NCBI RefSeq assembly: GCF_000981445.1
Contig: NC_027216.1
Location: 372,001 to 436,000, forward strand
Length of the DNA: 64,000 nucleotides
From: Babesia bigemina
Lineage: Eukaryota
Direction: 5' to 3'
Shown: positions 47,144 to 61,168 of the stretch, piece by piece
Layout: every line of letters begins with the position of its first letter
How positions within the stretch are numbered: the stretch's first letter is position 1
Made by a program: the position numbers and the translations under genes
Notes under the pieces: model-generated
What the model was told of the DNA's origin: nothing
The model's database searches: none
What the model saw: the letters and a program-made list of their open reading frames with translations, nothing else

Positions 47144-47268
47144 GCAGCACCTGGAGGCTGCAGTGGCTCCCGTCGCGGCGTACAAACAGGTCCGCGCAGG
47201 TTCTGTGGACTCCAGTCGCGCTCTGCGATATGCTTCAACGGGATACCGTACGCCGACGGGCGTGATCT

Positions 47269-47750
47269 TCACGCGTCACGCGCATGCGACAGCAGAATGA
47301 GCGAGTCGCCTCTGACGAACACGGTTTCGCTCTCGCGTGTGGTCACCTGCGCGCCATATGCGACAATCCGCATGATGTCGTACCTTAGTAACGCCCTTCT
47401 TGGTGGCTGCATCGACATCAACTGTGGTTATAGTCTCCTTCGCGTCAGAAAGAAGCACGTTACAGTGTTCGTCGTATGCCTGCATGGTGCGTGTGGGTGG
47501 TGATTGGGATGCCTTACGTTGAGCTTTCCGACGATCTCGCGGCCGCCCTTGCACTTGAGGTACACGTGTTCGTCCAGATTTACGCGGATGACGTCCATGG
47601 GTTCTGCATCTCCATGAATGTGTATTTCGTGCCGCGATGCGGCGGCGGGATACATAAGAGGAAACGTGATCGCCGCGCAGTGTGTCGCGGAACCTCGACA
47701 GCGTACATTCAAACGAACACCCCTTATTGAAGTGTAAACTTACGTTTCAT
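47269..47750 (-). CDS. LSM3: U6 snRNA-associated Sm-like protein LSm3, multi-exon; first exon uncertain
   Basis: PMDVIRVNLDEHVYLKCKGGREIVGKLN|AYDEHCNVLLSDAKETIT...|VFVRGDSLILLS. Confidence 0.85.
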
Positions 47751-47943
47751 CCCCTGTTGAACGGCCATTTTGACGGTTCGTTGATGTTGACGCGTGTTTC
47801 TGTTGCACGCGCGGAAGCGATCGCCACATGTGATAAAGTGGAGGTGGCGGGTTGTACGCACCCATGGGTGATCTTTCAGTCACACAGAATTCGCGGTCCA
47901 TTTCTAATAAATGTAGTGGTCTGCATAATCTACATTCTTGAAA

Positions 47944-50128
47944 ATGACGTCGGATCGCTACCTCGGTATGGTGGACTTCGTGTCCTTCGAGGCCGGACTT
48001 ACGAAGCCGTTGCAGAATCTGCAGTATGCTCGCGTGTTGGAACAAAGTTCACAGCCAGGTATTTATGCAGTTAAAAGTGCACAGTATTCGCTCAGACGAA
48101 AGCGACGTTTACTGCGGTATTCCGAGGGGTGGTCTCAGCAGCACTGGCGCTCCCTTCCCTGAGCGTTTTCAGACCAGGTGCGTGCATGGAGCGCGATTGT
48201 AAACACTCGTCTCAGCTTCGATGTGCTTCGCGAGGCTGCCGAAGAGCATCCCGATTACGACCACCTCGGTGCCCGTGAGAAGATTGTCAATGAGAAAGGC
48301 GAGGTCACCTTCGGTGAGTACAAGTGGACGTCCCTGAGCTACGTAAGTCGCACTTCGTTTGGGTTTTAAACTCGTTTAGAGCGTTACGACGGCGATGGTC
48401 ATCGGTACCGCTCTGCTGAATGAGACGGGGCTCATTGTCGACACTACGGTGAACGACAAGTTTTTGAAGAGGGCCAAGTTCCTCGGCATTTGGGCCACCA
48501 ACTGCCCCTACTGGCTGTTGACTGACTACGCGTGCATTGCATATGGTTTGGTTAGTGTTCCCCTGTACGAGACGTTGGGTGACGAAGCGCTTCTGAAAAT
48601 TTTTGAGGAGACGGCCTTGGAAACAATTTGCATAGACCCGCCCAAATTGGTGACTATACAGCGGCTCAGAGACAAGTTGCCGAGTTTGAAGAAGGTTATT
48701 CTCTTCGAAAAATTGAGTCCCGAGGAGGAGCGCCTCGTGAAATCCCTCCGCCTTAAAGCGTACCTGATGGACGATCTCATCGAGAAATACCGGGAAGTCC
48801 CAATGGCCCCGCCGAAGCGCAAGAGCACCCATGTGGCTACCATCATTTACACATCCGGGACTAGTGGCATTCCCAAAGGAGCGATTCACACAAACCGTTC
48901 ACTCACCGCTCTGCCGCACCGCATCTTCACCAGCTGCAACCGCCTGCGCATCCTCCACGGATATACCACGATCAGCTACCTGCCCCTGTCACACGTTTAC
49001 GAACGCTTCGTTGAGCACTACACACCGACCAACAGGGGCCGTATTGGTTACTTCTCGGGCAATATCCGCAACGTGCAGGACGACATGAAGGCGCTGAAGC
49101 CCGATGTGTTTGTGGGCGTGCCGCGTGTGTTCAACAAGATGCTTGACCGTATCAAGAGCACCATCGATGCTAAGCCGTCGTGGCAGAAGAGGTTGATAAA
49201 CTGGGTGGTGGGCAAGAAGAAGGAAAAGATGGTCAAGCAGCCTGAGAAGCCAGGTCAATTCATTTACGACATAGTGATCAACAAGATCAGGGAGGAGTTC
49301 GGAGGCAAACTACACATCATGGTACTCGGTTCGGCTGCCATGTGCGAGGAGGACATCAAGGAGCTGCAGGGCTACCTGGCCTGCCCCATCTCCGAGGGCT
49401 GGGGCACTACTGAGGTGGGCGTTTGTTTCGTCCAGGACTTCCGCGACCCAACCAAGGGGACCATCGGAGGGCCAATTGGTGACGTGATGTTTAAGCTAAA
49501 GTCCATCCCGAGCATGGAATACAATGCTCGCGCCGACCCGCCTCGTGGCGAGCTGTTGGTAAAGGGCAGCGGTTTTATGTTGGGCTACCTGAAGAGACCC
49601 GAGGAAACTGCCGAGGCGTTGGATGAAGACGGCTGGTACCACACCGGTGACGTGGTGGAGTTGCTGCCCACCAAGGGTCTTAAGATCCTGGACCGTGCAC
49701 GCAACTTCTTCAAGCTTAGCCAAGGTGAATACATCACGCCCGAGAGACTGGAGGGCCTGTACTCTACTGCCCCGTTGGTGGAGCAGGTCTTCATCTATGG
49801 TGAGTCCATTCGTGACCACATCGTGGGTATAGTTGTGGTCAATGTTGACGCCGTGAGGACGTGGGCTAAAAACAACGGCAAGCCCGAAGAAGTCATGACG
49901 TCGCTCCTCAAAGACAAAGCTCTCATTGAGGACATTCGCCAGTCTTTCGCTAAAATTGCAGAAAACCAAAAGCTTAACGGCCTCGAGAAATTAACCAAGT
50001 TCATGCTTACCGACCAGCCCTTCACCGTAGAGAACGAGATGTTGACCCCTACATTCAAGACTGTCCGCAAGAAGGTACGAAGCGCATATGAAAAGGAAAT
50101 TAACGCTCTGTACGGCGATAACGCGTAA
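47944..50128 (+). CDS. Long-chain fatty acyl-CoA synthetase, multi-exon 5' part
   Basis: YTSGTSGIPKGA AMP-binding motif, SYLPLSHVYER, EGWGTTE, GWYHTGD, DRARNFFKLSQGEYI, LTPTFK. Confidence 0.93.
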
Positions 50129-50160
50129 CGCGCACTGATAACTCGTACGGTGCTGTAAAC

Positions 50161-52265
50161 CTAATTAGTGTTTATTAGTTTCTGTAGTTGTTTTCTGGTG
50201 TAGAGGCACTCTGCGAGCCCTTGGAGGCCGGCCACGCCCTCGTTCGTGAGGGTGAGGCCGCGCGTGAGCCGGCGCACCAGCGGCCGGCACCGCTCGCGGA
50301 GCGATACCTCCGCGGTGCGGTGGGAGGCATCGCCGCCCGCTTCGGCGTAGGCGATGAGGTAGAGCAGGGTCGCGACGCGCTGTTTTTGCGGGTGCTGCAG
50401 CAGGTCGTGGAACTCCCGCCAGAGCTGCAGCACCGGGGACGTGGACGCCACCTGGAGAAACTGCTGCATGGTTACCGAATCCAAGGTAAAGTCGCCCTTT
50501 CTGTTTTTGAGGGTGAACATTGAGTCCGTCGTTGGCATCTCCCTCCTGTGTACGTGGTGCTGCACGAGCGCCGCCATGTGTAGGAGGTTGCCCCCGCTCA
50601 TCAGAATGTCGAGTGCGGTGGCTACCAGGTTGGGTGACCTTAGGGATCGCCGTATTTGCAACGCCGGCCGATCTATGGCCACCTGAAGGTGCGCAACATC
50701 AGTTTCGTCGAGGAACACGGTGACTGGGTCATTCCTGGAAGCGGGAGTGATACCGGTTGCACGCATCCGCATATCGGCGCTTAGGGCGAAGAAGTATCGC
50801 GTTCCCATTGCGTCCAGGAAAACCATACTCGCGAGATCGCCGCCTCGCATGAAAAGTGGCTCCGTGTGGTAGCTCACTAGAGGGTGGCCGCCGCAGCGGT
50901 GCCTTTGGTGAGTGCCGTCCTCCAGATTGTAGACAACGGCCATGTTGTGCACCAGGGCTATGAGCAGCCGCGCGTCTGCGTCATTCCCGTGGAAAACGCG
51001 CACCCGCAACATTTCCGGGGGGTGTGGAAATGCTACCAAATTTCGCCACGGTCCAGCTGAGGCTTGCGGTATCCGGTCCCCGTCCAGGGGTATGCGCAGC
51101 TCGATGGTCCTGATGTGCCCATCGCCTGTACCCACGAACACGTCATACACCAGTCTGTGACGTTCAACAGCATTCACCGCGATCGCCATCGAGCACACAT
51201 GCCCCGATTCCATTGTTGCGATAGCGTGGCAGCCCACTCTGCGTTTGGTCGTTTTGGAGATTGGCGTCGGAAACAGGCATTTAATATTGACCATGTCGAA
51301 CCTTTTTAAATCATCGGGCTGCTGGTTGAATACGTGGGAGTCTGCGATAATGCGGACAATTTTGCTCTCAGCGGCCTCCTCCGCGTTTTCGTCCGCCGCC
51401 TCATACTGGGGGCCGCCGTCGCTGTAAACAGATCCGTTTGAACCATCATCACTGCAATCGTCAGTTTGCTCCACGGGTAGGGTAGAAATCCACAAAGCAA
51501 CGAGGTGGCGTCCGATTCCCACTAATCCGGCGAACCCGTGGACTGTGTGTTGAGGTGCGAAGTGACACATGCTCACCCCGGCGTGCAACAGGGCTGAAGA
51601 GTGATGATCGTTCGCTGGCGCCTTTTTATTGTGCAACCGCGGTGCGATATTTGTCAGGTGCGATGCTACCGCTTCCGAGAGGTCGCAGATTTTCTGCGCG
51701 TGTTGGCTTCCTCCGACGGTTATGCAGAACCCACCTCGACTTCGTACATTTCCTCCGAATGAGTGCTTTTTGGTAGCCACATTTCGAAGCGTTCGTTTAT
51801 GGTAACGGTGCATAGCGCCGACGTGAGCCGTCCATCCACGGGTATGGCGGCCGGGGTCCAAGCAAAGGCGACGAACCTGGTGGAGGGGTGAGATGCCTTA
51901 TTCGGGTAAAATCACCTCGGAGATGGATTTAGAAGGGACATCTTAATTAATAGGGCCTGAAAACAATGTCCTGGAGTGGCAGGGTGACCAACCTGCTCCT
52001 TGCGCAGTTCTTCGGGGGTGGAGTCCATGGGTTTCAGGGCGCCCTTGGAGGCATTGCGAGTGGCCAATTTAACGTCCAATCTAGCGTCACTCGGAATCTT
52101 AGATACCACTTCCGCGTATTGCCGCCTTGTCTGTACGACATAGGCATGGTTGAAGTGCATAATGACGACCTGGTTGTCCTCGGATGCCGCTGCAATTGAA
52201 CGCCTTGATATGGCATGGCACCCGGAAAGGGGGCGACCGTCGTCGATGCGGCACAGCAGCGACAT
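50161..52265 (-). CDS. Hypothetical protein, probable beta-propeller-like N-terminal half, multi-exon
   Basis: 566-aa ORF plus upstream exons with GT-AG boundaries. Beta-strand-rich segments (VFVGTGDGHIRTI). Confidence 0.6.
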
Positions 52266-53788
52266 CCTGGTCACTGTAGGTGACCTTTGCTCGCCTATGC
52301 GAGCGATTTGAACGCGTTTTACGGTTCTGACATGCTCAGGAAGGCCGCCCTATTGCCCGCCTTTCGCCTACCCTGTGGCACCCGAGGCTTCCACACGTGA
52401 TCATGCCGGCACGGCAGCTTCAAATATCAGCACGGTCACTCGCGATTATTGCCATATTAGCCGCAAAGGCGGTGGTGAGCAGCTGAGTTTCTTACTACAC
52501 ATCTCCGCGACACTTTGGGTGTATGTCTGCACGGTCCCATGCTGTAGCTATACACATGCGTAAACCGCCCATCTCCGTATTATAGTTACATTTTTCACGA
52601 CACTTACGGCGTACTATTGCTTGCTATAGCAACTTTGCGGCTACTTTTCCGAGAGTGGCGCATTCCTTGGATTCTGCTCGATAGGTTACAATGCAGCTCT
52701 ATACATGTTCTTTTTGTGTCTTAACCGCGTCGTATTGCATGTCTCCTATGCTTATTCTCGACTCACGAGGCCTTGCGAGCTGTGGCGAACGCAATTAGGC
52801 GCGCCTCGCAGCCGCACGGTGTATCCATGCTTGGACGCCGTTTTCACCAGTATGCTACGCGACACTGCGCACCATTTACGTAGCTGCCCGCATAAGCAGC
52901 TCCGGTTGGGCGAATCCAGCACCATGTTGTAAACGCTTACTAGGCTAACTCGGCACGCTTTCCAGCACATGCACGTCAACGTCCCCGCAACGTACAATGC
53001 TAATCGCTGTTCACGGACATTGTGCAGTGATACGCCATAGTAAGACCGGAAAACTAACACTTTACGCTTGCTAAGTCACTCGTAGCTAACTCCAACATGC
53101 TGTTACGAAGCGTTTCTAGCGCCGCCGAAATGTACTATACGCATCCATTCACGCAACACGACATAGTTTTAAATAGCACTTTAGGACCACAACCTTATGT
53201 TTGTTTAGTAAGTGAAGATGACAGCCTGCACAAAAGACGCGTACGATTTTGATTCAGGACGCCGCGCAACGCATTCCTGCATCAAATTGTCGTGTTGAGG
53301 TTTGGCGCTCCTAAAGTTCCTTTAGCACATTCTGGACAATGGTACCCACCTAAATGGCAGATTCAGCGGGTTATATGTAAACATATTGCCGCAGTTCCGA
53401 TAATGTAAAATCATGCTGCCACATCATATTCCGCATCCGCATTTTATCCTAGTGTAGAGCATTTGTTGGCAATTCTGCTTCATATAGGCCGTCAGTTGCA
53501 GATAGCAGCGTAGATTACTGCGGTTTCCTGCATGGATTAATTTAGGGTAGCAGAGCTCTGGTTGGCGGAAACAGCAGCTGGTTATTTGGAGTTACACCGG
53601 GGTTTTACCCACTTAACACGCCATTTAAGCACGTATAGACATTATATTTGAACTGCATTGTCGGTTTCAAAGGTGTAGTAAAGTTTCCACATTGGTTATA
53701 CTGAATGAATGGGCCACTACGGGCGCATTGCTCGAATCAAAAGATTGGCACGCTCGACGAATGTAACCTCCCGTGATGTCTACTAAAT

Positions 53789-56627
53789 TCATGGTCTTAT
53801 TTCTGTCTTAACAGCCACGCCAGCGTCGCCTGCTTTGGAGGGTGTATGAGCCATAGGCGTATTTTCCGAGCTCTGACATTTAGCTTTTTTGATCGATTTG
53901 ACGTTCTTCGGAGTCTGAGGTGCATCTGATTCCACAGTGTTGGCAAACTCGATAACTGTTTTACGAGGTTTGGCGAGTTTCGCAGCGTTTTGTGGGTTTG
54001 AATCCTTTGCAGTCTCGCGCGGAGTGCTATCAGGCGGTCCTTCATCGGCACGTATCCTCTTAACGTTTTTATCGCTAGCTTTGGCGCTATTCCCCTTCTT
54101 CCCTGCAGGCGCCTTCCCACTTTTACTGCCTTTCTTGGCCTCCACGAGTTGGACCTTGCCCGGAGCGGCGGCAATATCGGAGTTGTCATAGAACACAATC
54201 GGGTCCTTGTTCTCCTGTTCAAAAAGGTCGTCAAAAGTGGACGACTCGTGAATGTACATAACAACCACGCGTGAAACGTCGGCAGTGATGATCAACTTTG
54301 TACCACTCACCTCTTCCACGACTTGCGTCAACAGGTCAGCAATGCAACCATACGCCTTGTCAAAAACGTACTCCCCATGAACCTCCTCTTGAACCAGCGA
54401 ACTGAAATCAGTAGCTGCAATTGAGATTGACGTGGCCAATGCGAGGTTGATCATCTGCACCCAGGTGAGGATGTCCGCAGCGATGTACTTATACAGGGTT
54501 ATTAAGCTGCTCACACGCTTCCACAGTGAGCAGCGCCGCAGAATGTTCGCGAACGAGCAACAATCGACATCTACACCATCGTTAAGTTCGCCTCCTTTGC
54601 CGTTCTGCGCTATCTCAAAGCTGAGGCCTTTTGGCGGGGTAGAAGCCTGCGAGGTGTTAACGACTAGATCCGCCGACATCAATGCACCATCAACTGGGCT
54701 ATGTCCACCATCGATAGCGCGTGACGGCGTCCTGGTGACGCTCACACTTTTCCCAGTGGCGTCAGATAATGTAGACCGTGGAGACACATCCGTCATACCA
54801 TGATCGGCATTGACTGATTCGTTCGATTGCCGGGGCGTGGGCGTTTCATCCTTTGGTTCTACCGTATCCGTCTCTTGTGTAAGTAAATTTGTGGGACTCA
54901 ACGAATTGAGATTTGCAATATCGTCAGGGCGTGAAGTGGCGTTTTTAGGGGTGCCTACCGCTTCAGTTGCAGGCGGTTGGTCTGACCTGCTGTTCACCTT
55001 CTTCGTGGAAGTGCCGTTCTTCACGGATTTCCGCTCCACCGCTTTGAAGTTATCAGACGCAGCTGTAAATGCCGCCTCGTAATCGCGCATAACTCTGCGC
55101 ACGGTGTGGACGCTCTTTGAGACGTGTTTCATATTATCGGCCAGCCTCGTGAAGAACTTCACGTCCTTTCGTGCCTTCAGTGGCTCCACTTTGGAAAGCC
55201 ACTTGGAATGCATGCGGTCCCGCATCTCGCTTATCATCCGCTCGTTGTGATCCAGCACCAGCTTCAACCAGGTCTCATGCATGTCGCGTCGCGACACGGC
55301 GTTGGTGACCTCCCATATGGCCGCCGCAATCCACCTCAGAATGCGGCCGTTAACACCAATGATTTTTCCAACACCTACACATTTGAGTCCCCGCCTTTCA
55401 AACTCCATCCGCTGCTCCTCTATTGGGTTTTTGTTGCTGGCATTCGTGGCATCCCCCTCTGGCTGGGCCTTCCTCTGCCGTGGCTCTTGGATTTTCGTTA
55501 AACGAGTAAAGATTGCGTTCAATAGCTCCGTTACAGCACAGCGCAGCGTTTGCGTTGTAAACTGGCCTGAGTAACCTTTGTACTTCACTTCGAATTCGTG
55601 AAATATGTGATGGAACTGCTTAGGTATGCGACCCAGGTACCTGCGCCATCCAGGTGGGTCAAAGAACAGCACCTGCTGCTTAGGTATGTCTGAGTCCACA
55701 TCGTCTTCTATCTTCAGTTCAGAAGAGTATTGTGCCACAAAGTCTTCGGCAACCAGTTCGGACCCGAACGCCTCCTCTTCGTCCTCGCTCCAGACTGAAA
55801 AATCTCGCTCTTTCTGCTTCTTACGCAATATGTCGTTCTTAGACAGGCGGAGTTCGCTGAACATTGCATCGTCATCGATGAACGGGTCGTCGATGTCGTA
55901 GTGCATGTCGTCGCCGCCAACCTTGAGGTAGGAGGTGGGGTCGCCGACGATGCCCTGGATGTTCAGACGGTCGGTAATGGACTGGATGCACCTAAGGAGA
56001 GGGTCGTTCGGCCTAGTCTTCATCCACATCACGTCATCCAGTGATACCTCCGTCGTCACTTCTGCACCACTGTGGGTGTCATCTTGAGATCCCGCTTTAT
56101 CAGGTTTGCTGTCGGCGTTTGCCTGAGCCGCGTTCGCAGTTGGCGCCTTTTTACGATCTCGCCCAGTTACGTCCGTCACCTGGCTGCTCTTCGCCCCGAG
56201 ATAGTGCTCCTCAAGACTGAATAGCTTCTCATCACGATACGTTTTCATGCACTCCGCATAAAAGTCCAGCATCATCGGCACCTGCTGCTTGGCGCCATGG
56301 TTTTCCGCGTATACAGCCTTCAGCTTCAAATCAACAGACACGCCTATTGGGAACATAAGGAGCGCAATAGCGAGACTAACCTGGCAGGTAGCGTTTGACA
56401 GAGGGCTCTCTCAAGCTATCCTCATCCTCTTCAGACAAATCCTGCTCAGTGAGCTCCTCGTCTTCCACGGTCATGCCTAATCCGTTGCCAGCATCCTCGC
56501 TTGAATCCTGTGTGACCTTCTCTGATTGAGTAGTAGGTGTGTAATCCATAACCGAAGCGGCAAGCGCTGTAACAGCCTCCACAGGCGTCTCCGTGGGAGG
56601 CTCCACAGCGGCGGAATCGTTCACCAT
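53789..56627 (-). CDS. HPC2/ubinuclein-like (HUN/HRD motif) histone chaperone subunit, at least 2 exons
   Basis: HYDIDDPFIDDD motif in an acidic region, large low-complexity protein with basic tail. Exon 1 starts MVNDSAAV at 56627. Confidence 0.7.
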
Positions 56628-56778
56628 ATGCAACACATGGGCAGTATGTAACACTGCGACGAGTTTGCGAGACTGTCTTGCTTAATCATCCGGCGGATAT
56701 CGGAGCCGCTATCGCCATAATCTTGGGCATGTGTATGAAACTACGAGGGTCGATATGCAATTTACGCCGTATATTGAC

Positions 56779-56851
56779 TCCCATGTAGTCTAGGTGGTTA
56801 GGATATTCGGCTTTCACCCGAACGACCGGGGTTCGAGTCCCCGCGTGGGAA
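56779..56851 (+). tRNA. tRNA-Glu (anticodon TTC)
   Basis: Acceptor TCCCATG/CGTGGGA, anticodon arm TTCGG-CTTTCAC-CCGAA, T-loop GGTTCGAGTCC, T5 Pol III terminator at 56855. Confidence 0.97.
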
Positions 56852-57088
56852 GACTTTTTCCACATCGTGGTTACGCTTTGCTTAACTTTGATTATTCATC
56901 GGAGGTCTACAATGCCAGCAGCGACAATCATTAATAATTGCTTTAAGGTTTCTGTCGGTACGTCAGTCGCTTTGGTGTTGCTCCCCGTTGGTTACATGAT
57001 GCTCCCAGCGTTTGGCGTCCCATCGCAGCTCGAGTTGCGCCTTTTTTACAGGCGATCCTGTCGTTAGGTTTATATATGTATTGCCAAT

Positions 57089-58303
57089 TTATAATTGACG
57101 ATCAGCAAGCGCTGTCATGCGATAGAATAGGATGTAGCTGTTCGAGTTGCCGCCACTCTGCTCGTCACCCAGCTCATAGCTGACGTCGGACACGCGGACG
57201 GTCGATGAGTCGTCGCAACAGTACCAGCGTCCGTCGACCTCCGTAATTGCGTTGTAATGTCCGTAGCTGGGCGAGGTGCCCACGTGGTTCACCACTGCAA
57301 ACAACTCATACACAACGGTGGAGCGCTGCTTCCTGCTTTGCAACGTAACTCTGCGGTTGGAGATGACGGGGTACGGTAGCCGCTCGAACGAGTCGTACAT
57401 TGCGCTGTACGACTCGTTCGGAGAGACAGCTGTGTACCTGAAGCGCTTGAGGTGGACAATGAATATCGGCGGCAGCTTCTCGAAGACCACACGCTTTGAA
57501 GCGTCCGTGTACTCCCGGCATCTGTCGCAGTAGAACTGGTTCTTCCCTGTCAGTCGTTCTGGCGCGCAATACTGCTGTATGCAGGAGGCGATGTCGCAGT
57601 TCTCGAAGATGTCCACTGATAGCGTGATAAACGGCTCCAACGTCCCGGTCACCGTCAAACAACCGTCACACGTTGTTTCCGACTTCAGTGAACCCTCCAC
57701 TAGGCGGCTTAGCCAGGTGCGTTCGCTTTTTTGTTCCTTCTGGGATGTTATCTCCGGAGCACGACATTTTCCAGCGAGGTCCCTACCACTCCCCCCGTCA
57801 CCGCCCCTATGACGGGAATAATCGTTACCAGCGCCGCCACTCGGTTGGTCGCCATTGTTCAGCGCCTTTATTTCGTCCATCATCGTGTTGATGAGGTACG
57901 TAAGGAACTCGTGCGCATCCTGCTGGTCTCCCAAAACGAAGTATTCTACGACAAATGAGCAAGTAAGCATGCGCCATACGCACCATTCTTCTTGCATATC
58001 TTCTGCAGAAGCTTCTTCGGCGATTGCACGCCTGAAAGTGTCTGTCACACAGCTATCGTACTTACCGTTCAATCCAGTGCAGCGCTCGTAGAGCTGCCCC
58101 AAGGCGCTGGAAATCTCCGCCTTCAAGCGTTTGGCGTATGATCACATAACACATACCTCCGATTGCGATAGCCTGACCGCCCTGTCCCGAAAGGCGTGAA
58201 TCGGGTAAAGCGCCTGTAGGACGGCATTGCAGTAGCAGTTGTTGTAGGTGTTTTCAAGGCCGCTAGGGCCGATCCCTCCGGCAGTGCTATCGCGCCCGGG
58301 CAT
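57089..58303 (-). CDS. Ubiquitin-specific protease (C19, USP12/46-like), multi-exon
   Basis: Cys box GLENTYNNCYCNAVLQAL, QQDAHEFL, FYCDRC, HLKRF, His box HVGTSPSYGHY, YILFY. Confidence 0.92.
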
Positions 58304-58583
58304 AGCCTCACCAAATCCCAAATACTGTTTGATAACGTGCATCCCGAAGTCAAATCAAAGTGCCGTTGCAATTTGTTGCGCCTTGCAGCTCCACATGAGA
58401 GCGTTGGGGCACACGCAGCTTGCATACATTATAATCTAGCTTGCATCGCGCAAGAGCATTTTTTGACACGTGTGCTGTTCCGATTATTTGACGATCGCGC
58501 CGCATTTTCCCACAGCGGTTGATCAGCGCGCGGACAACGGCCACCGATGCTCTCAACTAACTACTGACGACGCTACACGGTTA

Positions 58584-61010
58584 ATGCGTCTGTCGCGTGT
58601 TTTTCGTCATCTGTGTGTACCAGAGGTTGCGAGGCTTCGCGCCCTGGTACGTGATGGCGGTGGCGACGCGCAGACCTTGTATGCGTTGTTCCAGAAGCAC
58701 AATGAGCAACTGTCGCCGACCGAAAACCTGCTAGCCGCAGTACACATTGAGAAGCTATCTGCTGGGCAAGACGGCAGCGAGGAAGTAGCTTCCCGGATGG
58801 CCAATGTGCGGGCAACGGCTTTGGCCAACATACGTGGAAAGTTGTATGCTTTCACCGACCCCGGAGACCTGTGCAACCTGATTCGAGCGGCTTTGGCGCA
58901 TGGTGTGGCCTCCAGGGGGCTTATATATGATTTTTACGGGCGGCTTGAGAGGCTGCTACCGCATGTACGCGGGGAGGCACTCACCCAGGCCTGCCATACG
59001 CTAGTGGAACTGCACAAGGCCGGTACGTGTAGCGCATGTCACGGCATCACCGACAGCAGGACACCGAGTAGTGCCTATTTGCTCCAAAATATTCGCGTAT
59101 ATTGCAGCCCGCGGCTCCGAGAGCGAATTGACCCTCCCCAACAGTGTAGCGCTTGTGCACTGCATGGCAGAGACCGACATGCGTCACGAGGCGCTCGGTT
59201 CCCGTGTTGGTAGGTAGAGATTCGGCGTGTTGCACGACTTCTGTCCATTTGGATTATTGCCGCTTGCATGGTGCTACGTAGTGACTGGGTGTCCAAATGC
59301 GAGGCTGCCTGCCCACTAATACGCAAATACCGACTGTTTTGGCGCTTGTTCACGTCCTTACAGTAACGTGGGCCTGTGGATGTGTTCCTTATATTTCGAA
59401 CGCTTCACCTCGAGCGTCTTGATGTTGGCAATGATGCGTTCCAGGCGTTTGTGGGAACGCTGGCTTACACGTGGTGGTTGTGACTTATGCTAAACTCAAA
59501 TAGAGAATTGCAACTCTATGCGATGCACGCGCTGCTTTGCTTTTTTTAATCGTATGAGAAGACGTATATCACCGCTGTATAGGCAGAAGTCTTCGGCTAT
59601 TGCTGACCCGGGGTGGGAAAATCACTACGGAAGAGGCGTCCGCTCTCCTTCAAGCCTATAAGGAAGATATGTTCGACAGTGTGTTCATACGCCGTAGGTT
59701 GATGGAGGCCGCACTCACGGTGCGTGTAACACTTGCATATTTCATACCTTATGCAGGGAGATGCTATACCTATGCAAGTGCTCGTCAACTGCTTGTCCAC
59801 GGGCGTGTTTTCTTCCAGCAATGCCAACCGGATAGATGACCTTGTACTAACTGGTTTGTCTACCTGCGATGTGAAGACAATAATACGACTACTGCTTGGA
59901 TATGGGAACCTCAGGTACAGGCCGGCAAAGGTTATATCCGAGCTCACACGCACACTGGAATCGGTAATGTTTAACTTGGACTCTTTCGATGACGTGGCGC
60001 GTTGCATTCACAGCCTATTCTTACTGGACGAACATAATCCGGTCGTCATGGAGTTTGCGACCAACTTCATCAAGGGATTAGATGGTGGGTACGCTTTACC
60101 GTCACAATAAACTCCGATGCAGTTCCGTTGGGAGTGGAAAATATAGAATGCATATGTGATGCTCTTTTGGCATTCTGTCACTTTAATATGAATGATCCGG
60201 AAGTGTATCAGAGGCTTTTAAGAGAGGTAATGCGATTAGATTGCTCCATACCCTCAGCTTGTCTTGTTCGGCTGCAGTTGGTCGCCCTGTACATATGGTA
60301 CGTCTACATGCGATGATGGCCGTCGAACTAATGACTCTTTTGATGTTGATTTGAAACAATTGCTCCAATAATTGGTGCGAACTTTCGCGACGGCATTACT
60401 TTTAAGTGACACTGCAATAGGAAACTGACGCCCCAGATTTTTGACTCATTGGGCGAGACGTCCCAGCAATATCTGCTGGAGGTTGCCCACAGAGTAACTA
60501 TGGAACCAGAAACAGTGCGGAAGTGTGACCTACAGGAATCCGTGGGGAAGACGGCAACTTTCGTATCGCATGTTCTGTACAAGCAGGTAGAGTTTGATTA
60601 CATACAGCCATCAAAAAGACGCAGGTTCAGGTTGGTCCGTATCTCGTCGATTTCGTGCGCGCGATCGGTCAAGAGGAACTGGCGGAGGCCAGGCAACGGG
60701 ATCCCCGAAGACTGCGCACACGTGGACCAGGGGAAGAACGCTTGCTTGGTAGGCTGTTGAGCAACCTACTGACCACCGCGCAGGCAACTACTTGAGACCA
60801 TTAGCGAGCATTATACTTGCCGACGATATCGTACAATTTTACAGACACAGTCGCGAACGCACTGCAAAGTCTCAGATACAGCTGGGTCTGCTGCAGCGGC
60901 TCGGGTTCAGGTGCATTTGCGTACCTTACTGGAAATGGGAAGAACTTGGCGGTTGGCATCAAAAGCGGGAATATTTATCAGAGCTGTTTGTTGAGCATAA
61001 GTCAACATAA
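58584..61010 (+). CDS. RAP-domain RNA-binding protein, many exons
   Basis: Helical-repeat body. C-terminal QVGPYLVDF...RTAKSQIQLGLLQRLGFRCICVPYWKWEEL...YL matches the RAP domain pattern. Confidence 0.78.
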
Positions 61011-61168
61011 TTCCTCTGTAATTACCTTTGCCTGACTTTGATATGCGGCGTTCCTTAAAATGACATCGGGCCAATTTTTGCTTTTTTCTCATGTGTATTA
61101 TGTCCAAAAGAAGTTATCGTATTAATTGGCGTGAATAGCAATAGCGCAGAAGTATTATGTTACTTTCT

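Noticed and set aside
52300..53780. 1.5-kb gene-free stretch in an otherwise compact block
   Set aside because: No convincing ORF, repeat or RNA motif seen. Probably 3' UTR of the HUN-domain gene plus a promoter.
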